A stretch of DNA of 64,000 nucleotides, from contig OZ246894.1 of NCBI GenBank assembly GCA_965231925.1, positions 2,491,384 through 2,555,383 of the forward strand, in the 5' to 3' direction. A model generated the notes under the pieces. That model was not told where the DNA came from and did no database searches. It saw only the letters and a list, made by a program, of their open reading frames with translations. The stretch is from Acidimicrobiales bacterium. Its GTDB lineage: Bacteria > Actinomycetota > Acidimicrobiia > Acidimicrobiales > Poriferisodalaceae. Positions 25,223 through 34,632 of this stretch are shown one piece after another; the stretch's first letter is position 1; the number at the start of each line of letters is the position of its first letter. The position numbers and the translations under genes were made by a program.

Positions 25223-25888
25223 TCAGTCGCTCAGGCTCCAGTCGATGGGCTGGCGGTCGGCGGCTGCTAGAGCGGCGTTTGCCCGGCTGAACGGCTTGCT
25301 GCCGAAGAACCCGTTGTGCGCGCTGAGCGGCGAGGGATGGGGCGACTCGATGACGACGTGGCGGGTCAAGTCGACCAGCGATTTCTTGCGGCGAGCGAAC
25401 GCGCCCCACAGGATGAACACGACCCGCTCAGGTTTCGCGCTGACGGCGCGGATCACCTCGTCGGTAAACGTCTCCCAGCCGGCCGAACGATGCGAAGCCG
25501 CCTGGCGGGCACGCACCGTCAGGAACGCGTTCAGCAGCAGCACTCCCTGACGCGCCCAGCCTTCGAGGTTGCCGTGCGACGGCGGCTCGATCCCGAGGTC
25601 GTCACGCAGCTCGGCGAAGATGTTCTGCAGCGACGGCGGCTGGGGAACGCCGTGGGGCACCGAGAAGCACAGCCCGTGCGCCTGGCGCCGGCCGTGGTAC
25701 GGGTCCTGACCCAAGATCAGCACCTTGACCTCGGCATAGGGCGTCAGGTGCAGCGCCGCGAAGACCTGATCATGAGGCGGGAACACCGGCCCTTGGGCGC
25801 GCTCGTCTGCGACGAACTGCTGCAGGATCGGCCAGTAAGGCTTGGAGAACTCGTCCCGCAGGATCGGATTCCAGTCGGTGCGCGGCAT
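25223..25888 (-). CDS. ung: Uracil-DNA glycosylase, family 1
   Basis: ATG 25888. Motifs VLILGQDPYH, GLCFSV and HPSPLSA. Confidence 0.9.
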   Translation of the reverse strand: MPRTDWNPILRDEFSKPYWPILQQFVADERAQGPVFPPHDQVFAALHLTPYAEVKVLILGQDPYHGRRQAHGLCFSVPHGVPQPPSLQNIFAELRDDLGIEPPSHGNLEGWARQGVLLLNAFLTVRARQAASHRSAGWETFTDEVIRAVSAKPERVVFILWGAFARRKKSLVDLTRHVVIESPHPSPLSAHNGFFGSKPFSRANAALAAADRQPIDWSLSD

Positions 25889-25913
25889 CGCCGGTCTGCC
25901 GGGCCCCGCAGCG

Positions 25914-26999
25914 CTAGGAGATCGCCGCAGCAGCGGCGGCGGACTGCTCGATGCCGCGGCCGATGCGAGCCCGGTACAGGTCCAAGTCGACATCGTCGGC
26001 GGGCTTCTGGCCGCGCATGTAGCGGGCGTAGACGCCGTGGATGATGCACGCCGATTTCCAGTGGTTGAAGCTGACGTAGTACGACAGGTCCGACAAGTCG
26101 GCCCCGGTGCGCTGCTCGTAGCGCTCGATGAGGTCGGCGCGGCCGACGAAGCCGTCCACCAGCGTCGGCGGATCGGAGCCCTCGAGGATGTCGTCGCTCG
26201 GCTCCGTCCAGCTGTTCAGCGCATACGCAAAGTCGGCCAGCGGGTCGCCGAGCGTCGAGATTTCCCAGTCCAGCACGGCCTGCAGCTCGCCTCCGGGGTT
26301 GAACAGGCAGTTGTGCAGCCCGTAATCGCCGTGCACGACCCGTGCGGGACCCTGCTCGGGTTTGCGCTCCAGCAGGAAGTCGTGCAGCTCGTGCACGACG
26401 GGAGTGTCGTACTGGGCCGATTCCGCCGAGGCCGTCCACGAGCGATACCAGGTGCGGATCTGACGCCCGACGTAATCCTCCTTCTTGCCCAGCTCGCCCA
26501 GCCCGACATCGTCGGGATCGACGGAGTGCAACGCCGCGAGCACATCCATGAATGACATGCCCACATGTGCCCGGCCGTCGGGGGTGAGGTGCTCACGGGC
26601 ATCCGCGGATTCGAACATGGGCTTGCCCTCGACGTAGCTCATCACGTAGAAGTGCGCGCCGGTCACGTCGGGGCTCTCGCAGTAGCCGTATGCGATGGCC
26701 ACCGGCACATCGGTGGGCCCCAGGCCGCTGATGATGGTGAACTCGCGCCCCATGTCGTGGGCCTTGGGCAACAGCTCCCCCATCGGCGGTCGCCGCACCA
26801 CCGCCGTGGTGCCGTCGGCGGCGGTCAGCTTGTAGGTGAGGTTGCTGTGGCCGCCTTCGAGCTGAGACCACTCGAACGGCGGCTCGAGGCCCTCGACGTT
26901 CTCGTTGATCCACGCCTCCACGGCCGGCACGTCGTACCCGACGACCGGCTGTGTCGATTCTGGCCCCGTTGATTCTGGGCCTCCCGCCCCGTCCGCCAT
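25914..26999 (-). CDS. Phosphotransferase (APH/choline-kinase-like) family protein
   Basis: GGHSNLTYKL...VVRRPP and VHGDYGLHNCLF, DWE catalytic-loop motifs. Start 26999 or 27056. Confidence 0.75.
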   Translation of the reverse strand: MADGAGGPESTGPESTQPVVGYDVPAVEAWINENVEGLEPPFEWSQLEGGHSNLTYKLTAADGTTAVVRRPPMGELLPKAHDMGREFTIISGLGPTDVPVAIAYGYCESPDVTGAHFYVMSYVEGKPMFESADAREHLTPDGRAHVGMSFMDVLAALHSVDPDDVGLGELGKKEDYVGRQIRTWYRSWTASAESAQYDTPVVHELHDFLLERKPEQGPARVVHGDYGLHNCLFNPGGELQAVLDWEISTLGDPLADFAYALNSWTEPSDDILEGSDPPTLVDGFVGRADLIERYEQRTGADLSDLSYYVSFNHWKSACIIHGVYARYMRGQKPADDVDLDLYRARIGRGIEQSAAAAAAIS

Positions 27000-27172
27000 C
27001 TCGTCTCCCCTCGCAACCGGTGGCGCCTCCGATGTCCCAGCAGGCGCAGTTCGCACACACTAGGCAACGTGTGCCGCCGGTGGCTGCGGGTGTGCAGCCC
27101 AGCGACAACCGTCTCGCGCGCTGAGCGAATTCGCCTCTGGTCGCCGCAACGTCGGCCAGTAGCGTCGCCGCC

Positions 27173-28645
27173 ATGGACCAGACCGATCCAGACGTGCCAG
27201 CGGCAATGACGTCGCCTCCCTCGCACATGACGCCCGATGAGTTCCGCGAGCACGGCCGGGCAGTCATCGACTGGATCGCCGACTACTGGGAGCGCATCGA
27301 GTCGCTGCCGGTGGCCTCCACCGTGCAGCCCGGCGACATCAGGGCACTGCTGCCCGACGCTGCTCCTGAGCAGCCCGAGCCATTCGAGAACCTGCTAACC
27401 GATCTCGACCGGGTGGTGATGCCGGGCGTCACCCACTGGCAGCATCCGGGCTGGTTCGCCTACTTCCCCGCAAACAATTCGCCGCCGTCGGTGCTGGCCG
27501 ACACGGTGTCCGCTGGACTCGGGCTGATCGGCCTGCTGTGGTCGGCCTCCCCGGCGTTGACCGAGGTTGAGAGCCACGTGCTCGACTGGCTGGTGGATCT
27601 GTGCGCTCTGCCCGAGCACTGGAAGACGACTTCGGTGGGTGGCGGAGTGCTGCAGGGCAGTGCGTCCGACGCGACCCATGTCGCCTTGGTCGCCGCCCGC
27701 CACCGTGCGAGCGCTCGCAGCGGTCAGCCCGCAGAGAAGATGGTCGCCTACACCTCCGCGCAGGCGCACAGCTCGGTGGAGAAGGGCGCCAACGTCGCTG
27801 GGTTCGGCAATGTCCGGCTCATCGAGGTCGATGAGCACCAGGCCATGCGGCCCGACGCTTTGGATGCGGCCGTCGAGACCGATCTGGCGGCGGGCCTCGT
27901 GCCGGCGTTCGTCGGTTCAACTGTCGGGACTACCGGCACGACGGCCGTCGACCCGGTTCGGGCCATTGCTGAAGTCGCCATCAAGCACAACCTGTGGCAC
28001 CACGTGGACGCCGCGTATGCGGGCACTGCGATGATCTGCCCGGAGTTCCGTCACCACAACGACGGCATCGAGCTGGTCGACAGCTACGTCCTCAACCCGC
28101 ACAAGTGGATGATGGTGAACTTCGACTGCTCGGCGTTCTACGTCGCCGAGCGAGAGGCGCTCACTAAAGCGTTGTCGATCGACCCGCCGTATCTGCGAAA
28201 CACCCAGAGCGATGCCGGCAACGTGATCGACTACCGCAATTGGCAGGTGCCGCTGGGACGCCGCTTCCGGGCTCTCAAGCTGTGGTGGGTGCTGCGCAGC
28301 TACGGGGCCACAGGAATCCGGCAGATGGTGCGCCATCACGTGGCCATGGCCCAGGAGCTGGCGCAGCAACTCAACGACGACGACCGATTCGAGATCGTCG
28401 CCCCGCACCCGTTCTCGCTGGTGTGCTTCCGCTGCCGGGCCGCGAATGGCACCGACGCAGCCGCCGAAGCCGCAGACCGCTCCACCGACGCGATCGCCGC
28501 AGCGGTGAACGACAGCGGTGCGGCCTACCTGACCCCGTCCAAGCTGGACGGTCGCAGCATCATTCGGGTGGCCGTCGGCCAGTCCCGCACCGATCGCGTC
28601 CAGTTGGACCTGCTGTGGAAGGCGATCAGCGAGGCCGCTGTCTAG
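27173..28645 (+). CDS. Pyridoxal-dependent (group II, aromatic-L-amino-acid/DOPA-type) decarboxylase
   Basis: HWQHPGWFAYFP, HVDAAYAG and NPHKWM (PLP lysine) motifs. Confidence 0.85.
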   Translation: MDQTDPDVPAAMTSPPSHMTPDEFREHGRAVIDWIADYWERIESLPVASTVQPGDIRALLPDAAPEQPEPFENLLTDLDRVVMPGVTHWQHPGWFAYFPANNSPPSVLADTVSAGLGLIGLLWSASPALTEVESHVLDWLVDLCALPEHWKTTSVGGGVLQGSASDATHVALVAARHRASARSGQPAEKMVAYTSAQAHSSVEKGANVAGFGNVRLIEVDEHQAMRPDALDAAVETDLAAGLVPAFVGSTVGTTGTTAVDPVRAIAEVAIKHNLWHHVDAAYAGTAMICPEFRHHNDGIELVDSYVLNPHKWMMVNFDCSAFYVAEREALTKALSIDPPYLRNTQSDAGNVIDYRNWQVPLGRRFRALKLWWVLRSYGATGIRQMVRHHVAMAQELAQQLNDDDRFEIVAPHPFSLVCFRCRAANGTDAAAEAADRSTDAIAAAVNDSGAAYLTPSKLDGRSIIRVAVGQSRTDRVQLDLLWKAISEAAV

Positions 28646-28671
28646 CCCCCGCCTGAGCCAGCCAGTCCGGT

Positions 28672-29763
28672 TCAGCCGGTCCCGTCGCAGGTCCCCAGCG
28701 CAGCCAGCAGCCGGTCGTTCTGGGCGGGAGTGCCCAGGCTGATACGCACGCCTTCGCCCTCGAATGGGCGAGTCACGAGCCCCTGCTTCTCCAGTCGGAC
28801 GAACAGGTCCATCGCCCCATCGCCGACCGGCAAGTAGACGAAGTTGGCCTGGCTCGGCACGACAGGCCAACCTTGCGCTGCCATCGCAGCGTTCACCCGG
28901 TCGCGCTCAGCCAGGATGCCGGCGACCCGTTCGGCCAGCTCGGCCGCCGCCTGCGGCTCCAGCGACGCCAGCGCTGCGATCTGAGCGATGCCGCTCACGA
29001 TGAATGGCAGGGCCACCTTGTCGAGTGCTCCGATGATGCCCGGGTGCCCCACCCCATAGCCCACCCGCAGGTTCGCGAGCCCGTACGCCTTGGAGAAGGT
29101 CCGCAGCACCAGCGCATTGGGGTGCCTCGGCAGGATCGCCTCGATCGGGTCGGCCACTGCAGGGTCGGTGACGAACTCCCGGTAGGCCTCGTCGATCACC
29201 ACGATGACGTCGTCGGGTACCGCGGCCAGCAGCCCCAACAGCTGTGCCGTCGTGCAGACGGTGCCGGTCGGGTTGTTGGGCGTGGACAGCACGACGATCT
29301 TGGTGCGATCCGTCACGGCTGCTACCACGCTGTCGAGGTCGAAGGCATGGTCTGTGAGCGGCACGGTGACCGCGCGGGCGGCCGAGGTGGCACAGAACAC
29401 CGGGTGTACTTCGAACGAGCGCCAGGGGTACACCACCTCGTCGCCGGGGTCGACATAGGCAGCGAAGAGCTGCTGCAGCACGCCCACCGAGCCTGAGCCC
29501 ACCGTGACCTGGTCGAGCCCCACACCGTGCCGGTCGGCCAGCGCTTCGCGCACCTCCATGCAGCGGTGGTCGGGATAGCGATTCATGCCCAAGGCCGCTT
29601 CGGCGACCGCCTTCGCCACCGACGGCAGCGGGTCGTTGGCGTTCTCGTTGGAGGCCAGCTTGATCGCCTCGGCCAGATCGTGCTCGGCGGCGGCCTGCGC
29701 AGCCGACCGGCCGGGCTTGTACTCCGGCAGGCCCTCCACAGCCGCCCTGGGTCGTCCGATCAT
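28672..29763 (-). CDS. Class I/II aminotransferase, histidinol-phosphate/aromatic aminotransferase-like
   Basis: KLASNENANDPLP, IDEAY, FSKAYGLANLRVGY. Confidence 0.8.
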   Translation of the reverse strand: MIGRPRAAVEGLPEYKPGRSAAQAAAEHDLAEAIKLASNENANDPLPSVAKAVAEAALGMNRYPDHRCMEVREALADRHGVGLDQVTVGSGSVGVLQQLFAAYVDPGDEVVYPWRSFEVHPVFCATSAARAVTVPLTDHAFDLDSVVAAVTDRTKIVVLSTPNNPTGTVCTTAQLLGLLAAVPDDVIVVIDEAYREFVTDPAVADPIEAILPRHPNALVLRTFSKAYGLANLRVGYGVGHPGIIGALDKVALPFIVSGIAQIAALASLEPQAAAELAERVAGILAERDRVNAAMAAQGWPVVPSQANFVYLPVGDGAMDLFVRLEKQGLVTRPFEGEGVRISLGTPAQNDRLLAALGTCDGTG

Positions 29764-29862
29764 GCGCAGGCTCTCCCGGTCTGGTGATGCAGCCGCATCA
29801 GCGTCGCGACGCTCGGCGGCAAGCTATCGCTTGTTGATCGGCGGCGGTTCGCCGCTCGCCGG

Positions 29863-30750
29863 CTAGAGGCGACGATTGGCACAGTCGCCGGGCGCGGCGG
29901 CAGCCCGGAAATCGTCGGCAACCTGGGCCATCGTGGCGAACGTCACCCCGGGCTGGGACGCCATGTGGTCGATGAGCCGCTCGAGCATCAGCATGCGGCT
30001 GCCCCGGCCGATGCACTGGGGATGCATGGTGAGCACGAACACCCCGCTGCCGACACGTACGTTCAGATAATCGAACTCGGCCGACCACACGTCATAGACG
30101 TGATCGGGTGTGCGCAACCCCTGGACCGTCGGCCCGTCGTAGCTGAAATAGGGCCAGTCGTCGAGGATCCAGTCGAACGGCAGCTGCACCAGGTCCACCT
30201 CGTCGCCGAAGCGGTGGGGCCCGTCGGTGGTGGGCACGTCGCCCAAGCGGCACCAGGTGGGCGCGTAGTCGTTGCGGGCCATCGAGGAGTCGTAGGAGAA
30301 GCCGTGCTCCATGAGCAGGCTGATCCAGCGGTCCCCGCAGTTGCCGCCCGGCACCCGGTGCCCGACCGGCGGGCTGCCCGAGAGCCGTTCCAGGCAGTCC
30401 ATGGATCGGGTCAGGATGGCCCGCTCGTCGGCTTCGTCGCGCTTCGACGACGGGGCCTCGTGGCAGTAGCCGTGGTAACCCACCTCGTGACCGTCAGAGA
30501 CCACCCGGGCACAGACGTCGCCGAAAGTGTCGATGGTGTGGCCCGGGATAAACCAAGTGGTCGGGATGCTGCGCTCGCCCATCAGGTCGAGCAGCCGGTG
30601 CGCGCCGATGGATGCGAACTCGCCACGGGCGGTCAGGTTGGGCGACCGTGACCCACGGGGACCCGTCCAGATCGAGACTGCGTCGAAGTCAAAACTCAGG
30701 CAGACCGTGACGCCGGTGTGCTGGCCGTTGTGCGGATGTTCGGAACTCAT
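29863..30750 (-). CDS. Polysaccharide deacetylase (NodB-homology) family protein
   Basis: LSFDFDAVS, TWFIPGHT, GYHGYCHE. Confidence 0.7.
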   Translation of the reverse strand: MSSEHPHNGQHTGVTVCLSFDFDAVSIWTGPRGSRSPNLTARGEFASIGAHRLLDLMGERSIPTTWFIPGHTIDTFGDVCARVVSDGHEVGYHGYCHEAPSSKRDEADERAILTRSMDCLERLSGSPPVGHRVPGGNCGDRWISLLMEHGFSYDSSMARNDYAPTWCRLGDVPTTDGPHRFGDEVDLVQLPFDWILDDWPYFSYDGPTVQGLRTPDHVYDVWSAEFDYLNVRVGSGVFVLTMHPQCIGRGSRMLMLERLIDHMASQPGVTFATMAQVADDFRAAAAPGDCANRRL

Positions 30751-30852
30751 CCGCGGACCCTACCGAACCCCTCTCTGCACCTGCCATGACAGGGGCCTTG
30801 CACCCACGCCCACAGCCAGCAATGCCGTGAGCGCAACCGATACCGTGATCCG

Positions 30853-33282
30853 GTGCCCGATTCGATCGACGCCGAAGCGGCGGAGCGACCGCCGCTGGCG
30901 GGGATGCGGGTGCTCGAGCTGGCCACCGGCATTGCCGGGCCGTTCGCCGGTCGGCTGCTGGCAGGCGCTGGTGCCACGGTGGTCAAGGTCGAGCCGCCGG
31001 GTGGCGACCCTGCTCGGCGCCAGCCGGTCGACGATGTTCCGCTGCAGTCCGGCGAGCTGAGCCCGCTGTATGTGCATCTGAACGCTGGAAAGCTGAACTG
31101 CGCTGCTGACGGCTTGGACCCGTTGTGGCCGGACGTGGTGATTGCCAGCGACACCCTGGCCGGGCTTGCCGACGGGCCGTGGGATCCTCAGCGATTCACC
31201 GCCCGCGCTGCCGAGGGCGCACGTGTGCCCAAGCTCGTAACGGTGACCGCCTGGGGTGCGGGCGCCGACGATCCGGGCGTGATCGCCGACGAGCTGCTGG
31301 TGCAGACCGCCACCGGATTCTTGGGCTTCAACGGCGACGAGGGTGCCGAGCCGCTGCGACTGCCGGGCTGGCAGGCCCAATATTGCGCTGGCGGCCTAGC
31401 AGCGTGGGCTGCCCACCTGATCCTGCGACGGGCCGAAACCCACATGGATGTGTCGTGGCTGGGGGCGCTGCTGACCGCCGTCGAGCTGTGCTACTGCGAC
31501 TCGCTGCACTGCGAGCGACGGAGGCCGCTGGTGGGGCCGCACCCGCCCACGGCGTACCCATCGGGCGCCATCGGATGCGCCGACGGCTACGTGTGCCCGG
31601 GATCCCTCCGGCGGGACGACTGGGAGATGCAGTGCTTGCACATCGGCGTGCCCGAGTGGATCGATGATCCCGAGCTGAGCCACCGCCACCGCAGGGTCCG
31701 CCACATCGACAAGATTCGCGAGGTCATTGAGCCGTGGTACGCAGCCCGGACCAAGCGGGAGCTGTTCCAGTTTGCGCTGGAAACGCCGTGGGCCGTAGGC
31801 ATGGTGATGACCCCGCTCGATGCGTTGGCAGACGAGCACCTCGCCGAACGCGGCTTCCTCGGCACCGTCGAGACGCCGTCGGGCCCCGTGTCCGCCCCGA
31901 TCCAGCCGTTCGCCGCTCCCGGCTTGCCAGTGCCGAGCCAACGAATCAGCGATCGCGGCGCCGACCAACTCCCCGCAGTCGCGGCCAGGGCGGCCAGCAG
32001 TTCGACGCTCGAGCCTTCGACGGCCGCTGACGCAACCCCGACGGATCGCTCAATGCCAGCCGCCATCCCCGCCGCCAAACTACGCCCCACCGATCGTCTG
32101 CGGGTCATCGAGATGACCATCGCCTGGGCGGGCCCATACATCGGCAACCTCCTGACCCCCCTCGATATCGACGTCATCAAGATCGAGGCCCAGAATCCCT
32201 TCGACGGCTTCCGGACGCAACGGCCCTACGACCATGGCATGGCGCCCGGCCTCGAGCACCTGGTTAATGACAACCGCTTCTATGAGGCAGGCGGCCATTT
32301 CAACACCGTCAACAAGGGCAAGCGCGACTGCGTGGTCAGCCTGGCAACGCCCGAAGGCAAGGCCGCGTTCTTGGAACTCGTGCGCAACTGCGACGCCCTG
32401 GTTGCCAATTTCTCGGCCCATGTGCTGCCCCAGCTCGGGCTGGACTTCGCCACGCTGGTCGAGGTCAACCCCAGCATCGTGCTGGTGCGCATGCCCGCAT
32501 TCGGTGTCGACGGTCCCTACTCCGGCGCGGTCGGCTTCGGCTCGATTATCGAGGCAATGGGCGGGCTCGGGCAGCGGCAGGGCTACGAGCATGAGGGCGC
32601 CCGCATCTCCAACATTTACTTCCCCGACCCCATCGCCGGCATCGCTGCAGGATTCGCCCTGCTCAGCGGCCTGCACCACGCCGAGAGCACCGGCAGAGGC
32701 ATTGAGATCGACGTCTCCCAGCAGGAAGGAACCTGGCAGCACAACGGCGAAGCCCTCGTGCTGGCCTCGACGGAGGGTCGAGACATCGGCCGGATGGGCA
32801 ATCGGGAGCCAGGAACAGCCTGGAGCGGCTTCATAGAAGGTACAGACGGCTGGCTCGCCGTCGTCGCCGACGCAACCGAGACTGCGCAGGTCATCACAGA
32901 CCTGCTCGAAGAGAGCGAACCCAACGGCGGTGCCCCCACCCGAACCCGAGCCGAGCTGCAGTCCGTGCTGCACGACGCAGGCGTGCGCACCGAGCCTTGC
33001 CACGACCCATGGACCGCACCCGCACATCAACCCCTAGCCAGCCACATCGAGATCGTCGAGCACCCCATCACGGGTGCGATGCGACACATAGCCAGCCCCT
33101 TCACTCTCGACGGAGCCCGCCCCACCCAAGCAGGCCCTTCCCCCCTCTTCGACCAGCACACCGACGAGGTAATGGCCGAAGTAGCCGGTCTCAACCAAGA
33201 CCAAGTCGCAAGCCTCCGAGCCAACGGCCACATAGGAGGCGAACTCCCCCCACCAGCGGAACTCGGCTTCGTCTACGACTGA
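30853..33282 (+). CDS. Second tandem-domain family III CoA-transferase (CaiB/BaiF x2)
   Basis: Domain 1: LAGMRVLELATGIAGPFAGRLLAGAGATVVKVEPPGG. Domain 2: LRVIEMTIAWAGPYIGNLLTPLDIDVIKIEA. GTG start. Confidence 0.8.
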   Translation: MPDSIDAEAAERPPLAGMRVLELATGIAGPFAGRLLAGAGATVVKVEPPGGDPARRQPVDDVPLQSGELSPLYVHLNAGKLNCAADGLDPLWPDVVIASDTLAGLADGPWDPQRFTARAAEGARVPKLVTVTAWGAGADDPGVIADELLVQTATGFLGFNGDEGAEPLRLPGWQAQYCAGGLAAWAAHLILRRAETHMDVSWLGALLTAVELCYCDSLHCERRRPLVGPHPPTAYPSGAIGCADGYVCPGSLRRDDWEMQCLHIGVPEWIDDPELSHRHRRVRHIDKIREVIEPWYAARTKRELFQFALETPWAVGMVMTPLDALADEHLAERGFLGTVETPSGPVSAPIQPFAAPGLPVPSQRISDRGADQLPAVAARAASSSTLEPSTAADATPTDRSMPAAIPAAKLRPTDRLRVIEMTIAWAGPYIGNLLTPLDIDVIKIEAQNPFDGFRTQRPYDHGMAPGLEHLVNDNRFYEAGGHFNTVNKGKRDCVVSLATPEGKAAFLELVRNCDALVANFSAHVLPQLGLDFATLVEVNPSIVLVRMPAFGVDGPYSGAVGFGSIIEAMGGLGQRQGYEHEGARISNIYFPDPIAGIAAGFALLSGLHHAESTGRGIEIDVSQQEGTWQHNGEALVLASTEGRDIGRMGNREPGTAWSGFIEGTDGWLAVVADATETAQVITDLLEESEPNGGAPTRTRAELQSVLHDAGVRTEPCHDPWTAPAHQPLASHIEIVEHPITGAMRHIASPFTLDGARPTQAGPSPLFDQHTDEVMAEVAGLNQDQVASLRANGHIGGELPPPAELGFVYD

Positions 33283-33323
33283 GCAAGCCGCCGAACGTGC
33301 CACGAAACAAGGGGTGTGCGTGG

Positions 33324-33360
33324 GCAGGGGCGGCCGCGCGCAGTTATGCGGCGCCCCTGC
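33324..33360 (+). terminator. GC-rich hairpin GCAGGGGCGGCCGC-loop-GCGGCGCCCCTGC, 42 nt after the CoA-transferase stop
   Basis: 13-bp stem with one bulged G, read directly. No T-tract. Confidence 0.4.
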
Positions 33361-33464
33361 GACCCCGCGAGCCAACAAAGAGCGCCGCATCTGTTTGAAG
33401 CACGGGCGCCCCTGCCCTCGTACACCCCGGGGGCGACGTCACACCTGCGGACTACCGTGCTCGA

Positions 33465-34595
33465 ATGCAGATCGAACCGTTCCAGATCAACGTCGCTGAC
33501 GAGCAGCTAGCAGACCTCAAGGACCGCCTGGCGAGAACTCGCTGGCCAGAGGAAGAACCAGTAGACGACTGGTCCCAGGGGATCCCGCTCGCCTACGTCC
33601 AGGAAGTTTGCGACTACTGGGCCAACACCTACGACTGGCGGGCCCGCGAAGCATCCCTCAACCGGTTCGACCAGTACATGGCCGACGTCAACGGCATGGA
33701 CGTGCACTTCATCCACGTGCGCTCCCCCGAGCCCGATGCGATGCCGATCGTCATCACCCACGGCTGGCCAGGCTCGGTCGTCGAGTTTCACAAGGTCATC
33801 GAGCCCCTGGCCGACCCGGTCGCCCATGGCGGGAGTGCGGCCGACGCCTTCCACGTGATCTGCCCGTCACTGCCGGGCTACGGCTTCAGCGGCAAGCCGA
33901 CCGAGGCGGGCTGGGGCGTCGAGAAGATCGCCGACTGCTGGGCCGAGCTGATGGCCGGCTTGGGCTACGACCGCTTCGGCGCACAGGGCGGCGACTGGGG
34001 CTCCGCAGTCACCAGCGCGCTGGGCAGCCGTCACCCTGACGTGTGTCTCGGCATCCACTTGAACATGGTGATGCGCGGCAGCCGCCCGAAGGACCGTGAG
34101 CCGAACGAGGAGGAACTCGGAGCGCTCGCTGCTGCGAAGCACTACAACGACTGGGACTCGGGCTACTCCAAGCAGCAGTCCACCCGGCCGCAAACGCTGG
34201 GCTACGGCCTCACCGATTCGCCTGCCGGTCAGGCTGCGTGGATCCTGGAGAAGTTCTGGGCATGGACGGACTGCGACGGCCACCCGGAGAACACGCTGGG
34301 CCGCGACGAGATGCTCGACAACGTCATGCTGTACTGGCTGAACGCAAACGCAGCCTCGTCGGGCCGTCTGTATTGGGAGAGCTTCCGGCAGATGCCCCGC
34401 ATGACGGTGGACGTGCCGACGGGTGTGGCGAAGTTCCCCAAAGAGATCATTCCGCCCGTGCGCGCTTGGTCCGAGCCGATCTATTCCGACATCCGCCACT
34501 GGTCCGAGATGCCCGCAGGCGGGCACTTCGCAGCGTTCGAACAACCCGAGCTGTTCGCCGACGACGTACGTGCCTTCTTCAGCCTGCTTCGATGA
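33465..34595 (+). CDS. Epoxide hydrolase (microsomal-type N-terminal domain plus alpha/beta fold)
   Basis: F.I.V.D..L.DL..RL..TRWP, IHFIH and HGWPGS motifs. Confidence 0.85.
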   Translation: MQIEPFQINVADEQLADLKDRLARTRWPEEEPVDDWSQGIPLAYVQEVCDYWANTYDWRAREASLNRFDQYMADVNGMDVHFIHVRSPEPDAMPIVITHGWPGSVVEFHKVIEPLADPVAHGGSAADAFHVICPSLPGYGFSGKPTEAGWGVEKIADCWAELMAGLGYDRFGAQGGDWGSAVTSALGSRHPDVCLGIHLNMVMRGSRPKDREPNEEELGALAAAKHYNDWDSGYSKQQSTRPQTLGYGLTDSPAGQAAWILEKFWAWTDCDGHPENTLGRDEMLDNVMLYWLNANAASSGRLYWESFRQMPRMTVDVPTGVAKFPKEIIPPVRAWSEPIYSDIRHWSEMPAGGHFAAFEQPELFADDVRAFFSLLR

Positions 34596-34632
34596 GCTGC
34601 GGGACGCCGAGGTCGGCGAAGAGTCGCGCCTG

